Shown piece after piece: positions 31,907-38,668 of a DNA stretch of 38,668 nt. A program made the translations under genes and the position numbers. Every line of letters begins with the position of its first letter. The first letter of the stretch is position 1. This stretch comes from Patescibacteria group bacterium (GTDB lineage Bacteria > Patescibacteriota > Patescibacteriia > 2-12-FULL-60-25). The stretch covers positions 1 through 38,668 of the forward strand of contig JAZDIB010000016.1 of the NCBI GenBank assembly GCA_043805355.1, in the 5' to 3' direction. Under the pieces are notes generated by a model, which was not told the origin of the DNA, ran no database searches, and was given only the letters and a program-made list of their open reading frames with translations.

Positions 31907-33108
31907 CGACCTCCTGCCAGCTCTGCCGATCCGCGGACCTCGTCCCCGTGATCGACCTCGGCCACCATCCGCTCGCGGACACGTTCCTGCCTGCCGACCG
32001 GCTCGACCAGGAGGAGACGACCTATCCCCTTCGCGTGCTCCTCTGCCGCGGATGCGGATACGCGACGCTCCACTACGTCGTCCCGCCCGAAGAGCGGTAC
32101 CAGAAGACCGACTACAGCTACACGTCCGCGAACTCGCCGGTCGCGGTGAAGCATTTCGCGGACATGGCCGAGGACATCGGGACCGTGGCCGGCATCGAGT
32201 CCTCCGACCTCGTCGTGGACATCGGCAGCAGCGACGGCACGCTCCTCAAGGCGTTCCGCGACCGTTCCGGCTGCGCCGTCCTGGGCATCGAGCCGGCGCC
32301 GAACATCGCGAAGCTGGCCTCGGATGGCGGTGTCCCGACGATCCAGGACTTCTTCGGCGAGTCCGTCGCGGAGCGGATCCTCGCGCAGGGCAAGGCGAAG
32401 GCCATCACCGCGAACAACGTCTTCAACCACATCACGGACCTCCCGGACTTCATGACGAACATCGCCAAGGTCCTCGCGGACGACGGGCTGTTCGTGTTCG
32501 AGGCGCCCTCGCTCCTGGAACTCGTGCGCCGCCTCGCGTTCGACACGATCTACCTGGAACACGTCTCCTATTTCGGCATCAAGCCGCTCGCGCGGTTCTT
32601 CAGAGCGTTTGAGCTATCCATCCGACGCATCGAGACGAACGACTACATGGGCGGGTCCATGCGCGTCTTCGTGGGTAAACGAGCTTCGGACGACGACGTG
32701 GTCTCCTCGTTCATCGAAGAGGAAGAAGCGGCCGGCATCTACGACCCCGCGACCTACCGCGTCTTCATGGAGAAGGTCCGGCGGTTCAAGATGGACCTGT
32801 GCCGACAGGTCTACGACATCAAGGCGAAGGGCGGGATCATCGTCGCGATCGGCGCGGCGACCAAAGGCAACACCTTGCTGAACACCTGCAAGCTGGACCG
32901 CACGGTCCTCGAATGCGTGACGGACAGCTCCCCGCTCAAGATCGGGAAATTCCTGCCCGGCTCGCATCTCCCCATCGTCGCGGACGCGGACATCCCTGCG
33001 GACGCGACGCACGGGCTCATCCTGCCGTGGAACATCGGCGCGTTCCTCAAGGACAAACTCAAGCATCTTAATCTCGAATTCATCATTCCTCACATGGACA
33101 CGCTATGA
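31903..33108 (+). CDS. NDP-hexose C-methyltransferase (TylCIII-type; N-terminal zinc-binding domain plus SAM domain plus C-terminal C-methyltransferase domain)
   Basis: ATG at 31903 (ATGA overlap). Four Cys in CQLCRS...CRGCG. SAM motif VVDIGSSDG. LEHVSYF and a C-terminal IVAIGAATKGNTLLN segment. Confidence 0.8.
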   Translation: MTTSCQLCRSADLVPVIDLGHHPLADTFLPADRLDQEETTYPLRVLLCRGCGYATLHYVVPPEERYQKTDYSYTSANSPVAVKHFADMAEDIGTVAGIESSDLVVDIGSSDGTLLKAFRDRSGCAVLGIEPAPNIAKLASDGGVPTIQDFFGESVAERILAQGKAKAITANNVFNHITDLPDFMTNIAKVLADDGLFVFEAPSLLELVRRLAFDTIYLEHVSYFGIKPLARFFRAFELSIRRIETNDYMGGSMRVFVGKRASDDDVVSSFIEEEEAAGIYDPATYRVFMEKVRRFKMDLCRQVYDIKAKGGIIVAIGAATKGNTLLNTCKLDRTVLECVTDSSPLKIGKFLPGSHLPIVADADIPADATHGLILPWNIGAFLKDKLKHLNLEFIIPHMDTL

Positions 33109-33503
33109 TTTTCACCCATCTCCCCATCAACTTCGAGGACGGCCGCGGCTCCATCCGCGACATCTTCGCGCGCGAACCTAAGGACACCTGCACGATCATC
33201 GTATCGAAGAAGGGTGCAGTCCGCGGCAACCACTACCACAAGCAGAGCACGCAATACACCTACGTCGTGAGCGGGCAGCTCACCATGCTCTCGCAGAAGG
33301 TTGGCGAGACGGCCATCGAGAAGCACGTGCTGCGCGAGGGCGACATGATGACGCACGGCCCGAACGAGGCGCACGCCATGACCGCGGACGAGGACACGAC
33401 GTTCCTCGCGTTCGCGGACGGCCTCCGCGGCGGAGAGGACTACGAAAAAGACACGTTCCGGCTGGACGTGCCCCTTCAGGACCTGCCCGCGGCAACGTCC
33501 TGA
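33105..33503 (+). CDS. Cupin-fold sugar ketoisomerase/epimerase-like protein (WxcM/FdtA-like)
   Basis: 132 aa with DGRGSIRDIF and VRGNHYHK, typical of the FdtA/WxcM C-terminal-domain cupins. ATGA overlap with the methyltransferase stop. Confidence 0.65.
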   Translation: MIFTHLPINFEDGRGSIRDIFAREPKDTCTIIVSKKGAVRGNHYHKQSTQYTYVVSGQLTMLSQKVGETAIEKHVLREGDMMTHGPNEAHAMTADEDTTFLAFADGLRGGEDYEKDTFRLDVPLQDLPAATS

Positions 33504-34681
33504 AACAGCTTGCCGAACCGCTCCACGATCATCGCGTCCGTGTACTTCAGGACCTCCTGTCGTCCGCCGGCGATGATGGTCTTCTTCAGTTCCGGATCCG
33601 AAAGGCGCTTAAGGTTGTCCGCGAACGACCGCGGATCCCCCTTCTTCGACACGAGGCCGGTCACGCCGTCCTTGAGGAACTCGTCGTAGACCGGGATGTC
33701 TGTGCCGAGGACCGGCACGCCGGCCGCGAACGACTCGAACACCGTGAGGCCGAAGCCCTCGTACCGGCTCGGCGCGAGCGTGGCTTCGGCGCGGGCATAC
33801 AGCCACGCCTTTTCCTCGTTAGAGATGCGGAACAGGAACGTCACCTGATCCGACAGGTCGAGCGCCGCGACACGGTCGATGGCTTCCTGATACTCCTCCG
33901 GGCTCGAGCTCGTCACGAACACGAGATGCTTGCGGATCCCTTCCTGCTTCAGCGACGCCAGCGCCTCCACGATCGTGTCCCACCCCTTCCGGCGCTTCAC
34001 CTGCCCGATGTAGAACAGAAACGTCTCCGGCGGCTCCATGCCTGACGGGAACGACGGTTTCCGTTCGACGACGTCCGGCTTCAGCGGGACACCCCACGGG
34101 ATCACGATGGAATCGCGCCCCATCTTCTCGCGGACCATGCGACGCTCGAATTCCGTGATGGTGACGAGCACGTCGGCCCGGACCAGCGGGACATGGAACG
34201 CGAAATTCTCCCAACAATCCGCGACCGCGCGCGTCCGGAACGCGCAGGACAGGAACGAACGCAAGGTCGTGATGGCTTTCGGCTTAGTGAAGATCGTCTC
34301 AAGTGGGTCGTCGCGGTCCCCGACGATGTACGGGTCATGCAGGAATCCGATGACCTGGAAGATGACCTTCGCCCCGACCAACCGCGCGGCCACGTACGCC
34401 CCGAGGTTCAGCCAGCTCCGGATGTGGCAGAGCATGACGACCTGCGGCCGCCACGCGAGGATCTGCCAGATGAGCCGCGGCGCGAACCCGACCTTCTGCG
34501 GACAGCGGAAGACCCGCACGCCTTTCCGGACCTTGTCGACGTATTCCGGATTGGACCTGATGCGGTACGTGAACATCCGGACGTCGTCTCCCCGCGCCGC
34601 GAGTCCCACGGACGCCACGAACTCCGCGAAGACGTCCAGGCGCACTTCCGCGCCGAATGGCGTCACGACCGCGATCTTCAT
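33476..34681 (-). CDS. Family 4 (GT-B, Glycos_transf_1) glycosyltransferase
   Basis: ATG at 34681 (MKIAVVTPFG) inside track ORF 33476-34786. Motif SRYEGFGLTVFESFAAGVPVLGTD...DGVTGL. Its 3' end overlaps the convergent cupin gene by 28 nt. Confidence 0.9.
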   Translation of the reverse strand: MKIAVVTPFGAEVRLDVFAEFVASVGLAARGDDVRMFTYRIRSNPEYVDKVRKGVRVFRCPQKVGFAPRLIWQILAWRPQVVMLCHIRSWLNLGAYVAARLVGAKVIFQVIGFLHDPYIVGDRDDPLETIFTKPKAITTLRSFLSCAFRTRAVADCWENFAFHVPLVRADVLVTITEFERRMVREKMGRDSIVIPWGVPLKPDVVERKPSFPSGMEPPETFLFYIGQVKRRKGWDTIVEALASLKQEGIRKHLVFVTSSSPEEYQEAIDRVAALDLSDQVTFLFRISNEEKAWLYARAEATLAPSRYEGFGLTVFESFAAGVPVLGTDIPVYDEFLKDGVTGLVSKKGDPRSFADNLKRLSDPELKKTIIAGGRQEVLKYTDAMIVERFGKLFQDVAAGRS

Positions 34682-34682
34682 C

Positions 34683-36437
34683 CTAGAAGCCATAGACATA
34701 GACGTTCCCGACCTTACCGAACTCCTCGACGATTCCGATGAGCGTCCTCTCGTCCTCGCTGAGCGGCGTCTCGGACACCAGGACATCCACGCGGTACATA
34801 CGGATCTGCGCGGCCAGATCCCCTTTCAGGAATTCCGTGTACTCGGTGGCGAGCTCCACCTCTTTCGCGATGAGCCATGCGTCGCGCTCACGGCCGAACA
34901 GCGTCTCCCAATCATCGAAGAAATACCCGCGCACTTCTTCCGGATGCGCCTCAAAATGCGCACGGACCGAATCCGCCGTCACGCCGTTCAAGCGAAGGTA
35001 CACGAAATAATCATGGAGTACGCGTTCCTGCGGAATGCCGGAGAAGACCCAGGTCGTCGCGTATGTATTGCAGTGCGTATAGGACGGAATGATGCGGTTC
35101 AGGCGCTCTCCCTGTTCATTCACGAGGACGACGCAGTCCACTGGCTCGTTCGTTTCCAGCCAGGCGAAGAGCGGCGCATCGGCTTGCCTCCCGCGAAAAT
35201 CAGGAAGCACGGCAGCGGAACTCGTGGCGACACGGAGACCGAACGCCAGCGGAGCGACGATGCCGACGGCCGCGACCACTCCCCACGCCCACCGGATCCT
35301 CGGCCGCACAACCTCATGAATCGCGACGAGGCAGACGATCATGCAGAACGGGATGGAATACTGCACGAAGTGATGCGACCAGAGGTCCCGACCCGTGATG
35401 ACCTGCTGGTTGAACGCGATGACGCTCCCGAGAAGCAGGCTCGCGCAGAAGATCCACCACGGACGCGACGCGATTCCCTTCAGCTTCCGCGTCTTCAGCC
35501 ATTCGAGAAACGTCAATGCGATGAAGAACGCTAACGACGCGAGTACGACCTTGTTCAAGACCGGCGTGTGCGTGAAGGCGATGCCGTTCTTCGCGGACAC
35601 GGCACTGCCGTCGCCTAAGCTCATGCTCTGCAGAGCACCAAATAGATACGGCGAAGCTACCACAAGGTCCGCAACACCGGCGACGAATAGGTGTTTTACC
35701 ATCTTCCAATCCTTCAAGGCCGCGTACAGAATGAACAGGGATAACAGAACCGCAGAACCAATCATCCAACTGAAATAGTAGTTGTACAGCATGACGCCGG
35801 AGAGGGCACCTGCCGTGATGAACCATCGCATACGCTTCATCTCAAGCGCATTCTTCACGAGCAGAAGAGACGCGAAGAGCAGAAGCGCTCCGATGATGGG
35901 ATTCACAAGCCGCGTCCAAAGCGAAAGGTCCATACCTTGGACGGACCCTAAGAGATATCGGATGACGTAGGCGACGTTCGTGAACCCATACCCGAGCGTT
36001 ACCAACAGTCCCGCAGCAATGGTTGTCACGCGTCCATCGACGTGATTCGGCTCGGACACGAGCCGTCGCGTCATCGCGTAGACGAGGAGGAACAACAGCG
36101 CAGGGAACACGAATTTTGTGACGGGGACCACGACATCGGGATTGATGCCTGCCAGCATCGGGAGCGCATAGAAAAACTCCCCGAAGGGATACAGGAACGG
36201 ACGCGCATCCTTGTACTCTGCGAGAAAGACCGATCCGAGCATCGGATGCCCGTCCACGATTTCGTGGATACGGGCAAGGTAGATATCCTCGTCATCGAGG
36301 TACAGGAACGGGATGCCTTGGTAGCTCCCTCCTAGCGCACGGACGGCAAGAACACTCGGCGCCGCGGAAAGCGCGCCGACCACGAGCGCCATGACGAGCG
36401 CGAGCCAGTGGCGCTTCAAGACGGCTGGAATCTTCAT
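34683..36437 (-). CDS. Large polytopic membrane protein with a C-terminal soluble domain (GT-C-like glycosyltransferase or polymerase candidate)
   Basis: 584 aa with about 11-13 hydrophobic helices. An acidic first loop follows TM1 (FLYLDDEDIYLARIHE). A non-hydrophobic C-terminal domain of about 170 aa follows. No family is recognised by eye. Confidence 0.45.
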   Translation of the reverse strand: MKIPAVLKRHWLALVMALVVGALSAAPSVLAVRALGGSYQGIPFLYLDDEDIYLARIHEIVDGHPMLGSVFLAEYKDARPFLYPFGEFFYALPMLAGINPDVVVPVTKFVFPALLFLLVYAMTRRLVSEPNHVDGRVTTIAAGLLVTLGYGFTNVAYVIRYLLGSVQGMDLSLWTRLVNPIIGALLLFASLLLVKNALEMKRMRWFITAGALSGVMLYNYYFSWMIGSAVLLSLFILYAALKDWKMVKHLFVAGVADLVVASPYLFGALQSMSLGDGSAVSAKNGIAFTHTPVLNKVVLASLAFFIALTFLEWLKTRKLKGIASRPWWIFCASLLLGSVIAFNQQVITGRDLWSHHFVQYSIPFCMIVCLVAIHEVVRPRIRWAWGVVAAVGIVAPLAFGLRVATSSAAVLPDFRGRQADAPLFAWLETNEPVDCVVLVNEQGERLNRIIPSYTHCNTYATTWVFSGIPQERVLHDYFVYLRLNGVTADSVRAHFEAHPEEVRGYFFDDWETLFGRERDAWLIAKEVELATEYTEFLKGDLAAQIRMYRVDVLVSETPLSEDERTLIGIVEEFGKVGNVYVYGF

Positions 36438-37300
36438 GACCGTTTCCGCCCGATGAAATAGAACCCGAGCGCGATGTCGTCCGAGACGGCCATGCGGTTG
36501 AAGAGCAGGTCGAACACGTGCGCGAACGGGGTGAGAAGGGTCATCCCGACGAGCACCATGACCTCATGCAGACGCTTCGAACCGAACGACAGCGGGATCG
36601 CGATCCAGTAGATGAGGATCATGAAGAGGGCCGCCGTGGGTCCGTGCCGCAATCCCGAAGCGACCTCCTCGAATCCTGCGCGCGCCGCGACGAGCCGAAG
36701 CCCCTCCAGCGTCCAGCGGTAATAATCGTTCGGCGACGAGTGAAACGGATAGATGAACGGGACGGTGACGAAGCATGTGCCGCCCGGTTTCGTGACGCGC
36801 GACATCTCCTGCAACACGGCGTTCGGCTCGTCGATATGCTCGAGGACCGTGACGCACATCGTCTCGTCCACGCTGCCGTCCTTGAACGGCAGATGTCGGA
36901 TGTCTGCGATGATGTCCACGCCGGGGAATGCGAACATGTCCACGTTCATGGTGCCGGCAAGCTTATCCTGCGTCCCGGCGCCGAGGTTCAGCGTCACATG
37001 GCCCGGCGCGGAATACTTCCCGAGGAATTTCTTCGGCGAATATCCCCCGTTCGAGGCGCCGAAGATGCGGATGAGCACGTTATAGAACCACGCGGACCGC
37101 TTGAAGAAATTCTTGATGCCGATGAGGATGGAATCCGGGCGGTCCTCGGCCGGATGCGCGGACTGCAGCGTCACGAAACAGAGCCCGTCGCCGATTGCGG
37201 GATAGGACGCCCGGCACGACGGACAGGACGCGCCCCGGTCATCGAACACAAGGTCGACGCGGCAGGTCGGGCACCAGACGATTTCAAGGTTGGTCATCAT
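36434..37300 (-). CDS. Class I SAM-dependent methyltransferase with an N-terminal zinc ribbon and C-terminal membrane helices
   Basis: 288 aa. CPTCR...CPSCR (Trm112-like ribbon). LNLGAG (motif I), LPFKDGSVDE, VLEHI and KPGG. A hydrophobic tail AALFMILIYWIAIPL...VLVGMTLLTPF. ATGA overlaps at both ends. Confidence 0.8.
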   Translation of the reverse strand: MMTNLEIVWCPTCRVDLVFDDRGASCPSCRASYPAIGDGLCFVTLQSAHPAEDRPDSILIGIKNFFKRSAWFYNVLIRIFGASNGGYSPKKFLGKYSAPGHVTLNLGAGTQDKLAGTMNVDMFAFPGVDIIADIRHLPFKDGSVDETMCVTVLEHIDEPNAVLQEMSRVTKPGGTCFVTVPFIYPFHSSPNDYYRWTLEGLRLVAARAGFEEVASGLRHGPTAALFMILIYWIAIPLSFGSKRLHEVMVLVGMTLLTPFAHVFDLLFNRMAVSDDIALGFYFIGRKRS

Positions 37301-38658
37301 CGGATTTCAGTGTCATCTTGGGCGCGGTATCGCAGGCCGTACGTGTCCCACTGCCAGAGCCGTACGATCCGCTCCTCAAAGTATGCGGAATCCATGAACT
37401 CGCCTTCGGGCCGGATCACGACATCATACGCATCCGTGACTTCGGCAGGAGGCGCGGCGTCTTTGCACCAATATGTCATGGAGAGCGGCTTCTGGCCATC
37501 CGGAGCAGGCAGGCTGGCCATATACGGATACAGGTCGGATTCGTACGGGAGGCAGGACGACGCGTACGCGAGGAAGGATGCCGAGTCGTGCCAGGCAGGC
37601 AGGAGCCGTCCGACGAACAGGACCGATGTGCCTTGCGGAAGCGATCGGACGTATTCCGCGGCCTTCATCTCGACGGGCTTCGCAGAGGCGAGGCGCATCC
37701 ACTGGATGTCGTTCGCAGACTGGAACAGGAACGCCGCGACCGTCAGGCCGACGATGGCGACCATGAACGGGCGGATGGCCTTGATGCGATCCCATTCCAT
37801 GGCGACGACGCCCCCGACGGACAGGATCATGAACAGGACAATCGGCATCGAATAGCGCGGCACGAATCCTTGGGAGGACGCGAAGAACGTGAAGTGAACG
37901 GCGATGGCGAGGCATACGGCCTGGAACCAGGTCGCCGCGTACAACCGACGGAACGTCAGGCCATATCCCACGAGGAGGACATAGGCGGCCGTGATGAACG
38001 GATGATTCAGGACGATGACTTTTACATAGAACCAGAGTCCCGGGAACGACAGGGTCGACCGATATCCCTCGGTCCGCGACATGCGCCACAGACGCAGGTA
38101 CGGGTCCGGCGCCCATGCCACGAGCGCGGCCATCCCGAGGAGGAGCGCTCCGCAATACCACCCGAACCGGATGAGTCTCGCGCGATCGTGCCGTCGGATC
38201 CACCGGACGAGGAACGGAAACCACATGATCTGATACAGCAGGGAAATATAGCTCACGCCGAATCCCGCGAGCGTGAGCGCGGCAAGAGCGACCCAGGGCT
38301 TCTTCGATTCGGATTCGTCGGCACGGAGCAGGAACCACGCGGTCCACGGGAGGGAGGCGACGATGAAGATCCAATGGCGGAACTCATGCGAATACTTGAA
38401 ATAGAAGAAGCTCGTGCCGAGGATCACGGCCGTCACGACCGCGATCCATACGCGTCGCGACGGATTCACGGACGGATGCATGAGGAGGCGCATCGTCCCC
38501 ACGAGGCCGAGAAGGCCAATGAGGACCGCAATCCAGCGCGCGAGATACAAGACACCGCCCCAGTCGTATGTCACGGCTGCTCGATAGGCATCGGCGGAAC
38601 GGACGCCAGCCGTGACGGCCTTGATCCCCGCGTCCGCGAGGACGGGCGGCAGGGCCAT
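37297..38658 (-). CDS. Second large polytopic membrane protein with a C-terminal soluble domain (GT-C-like candidate); the 5' end may lie beyond the window
   Basis: 453 aa from the ATG at 38658. The frame stays open to the window edge (38668), so the true start is uncertain. Multiple hydrophobic helices are followed by a soluble tail of about 130 aa. Confidence 0.45.
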   Translation of the reverse strand: MALPPVLADAGIKAVTAGVRSADAYRAAVTYDWGGVLYLARWIAVLIGLLGLVGTMRLLMHPSVNPSRRVWIAVVTAVILGTSFFYFKYSHEFRHWIFIVASLPWTAWFLLRADESESKKPWVALAALTLAGFGVSYISLLYQIMWFPFLVRWIRRHDRARLIRFGWYCGALLLGMAALVAWAPDPYLRLWRMSRTEGYRSTLSFPGLWFYVKVIVLNHPFITAAYVLLVGYGLTFRRLYAATWFQAVCLAIAVHFTFFASSQGFVPRYSMPIVLFMILSVGGVVAMEWDRIKAIRPFMVAIVGLTVAAFLFQSANDIQWMRLASAKPVEMKAAEYVRSLPQGTSVLFVGRLLPAWHDSASFLAYASSCLPYESDLYPYMASLPAPDGQKPLSMTYWCKDAAPPAEVTDAYDVVIRPEGEFMDSAYFEERIVRLWQWDTYGLRYRAQDDTEIR

Positions 38659-38668
38659 GACGGAAAGC

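Noticed and set aside
1-38668. Search for CRISPR arrays, tRNA/rRNA genes, transposases, integrases, toxin-antitoxin pairs or known defence-system genes
   Set aside because: No spaced direct-repeat arrays, cloverleaf-capable non-coding stretches (the longest gap is 150 nt) or recombinase or nuclease signatures were seen. Essentially all sequence is occupied by glycan-biosynthesis CDS.

Overview
This high-GC window (third codon positions almost all G/C) is filled almost end to end with glycan-biosynthesis genes. I call 40 CDS in five transcription blocks: minus 128-3363, plus 3435-4808, minus 4959-27518, plus 27629-33503, and minus 33476 to the window end. I saw no rRNA, tRNA, CRISPR array, transposase or integrase.

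The core is a pseudaminic-acid-type nonulosonic acid pathway. It has pseB, pseC, an SpsF-type cytidylyltransferase and a pseI/NeuB-family synthase. An acetamidino module (PP-loop amidotransferase plus HisH/HisF paralogs) and a Pse-associated methylase accompany it. No GNAT-type PseH and no canonical PseG is recognisable. A truncated formyltransferase-like gene and an orphan GT-B-like gene sit where those would be expected.

The most unusual content is a translationally coupled eight-gene module at 16226-22920. It encodes an acyl carrier protein, its own AcpS-type phosphopantetheinyl transferase, an adenylate-forming ligase, an orphan DmpG-type aldolase, a class I aminotransferase, a VOC-fold protein, a cyclase/formamidase-fold hydrolase and an AAC(3)-fold N-acyltransferase. 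Directly upstream lie a Gfo/Idh/MocA oxidoreductase, a long DegT aminotransferase and a second cytidylyltransferase. I interpret this as an uncharacterised carrier-protein-dependent route that builds a non-acetyl N-acyl or aminoacyl decoration for an amino sugar or nonulosonate. That interpretation is inference.

Other content:
- An initiating polyprenyl-phosphate sugar phosphotransferase and a Wzx-like flippase.
- A KpsS/Capsule_synth-like candidate CMP-ulosonate transferase.
- Two C-terminally truncated UDP-sugar dehydrogenase paralogs.
- A tandem pair of UXS-like decarboxylase paralogs.
- A C-methyltransferase plus cupin branched-sugar operon.
- GT2 and GtrA genes, a GT4 gene, and two large GT-C-like polytopic membrane proteins flanking a membrane-anchored zinc-ribbon methyltransferase.

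Many long opposite-strand ORFs in the track are high-GC shadow ORFs and were rejected.
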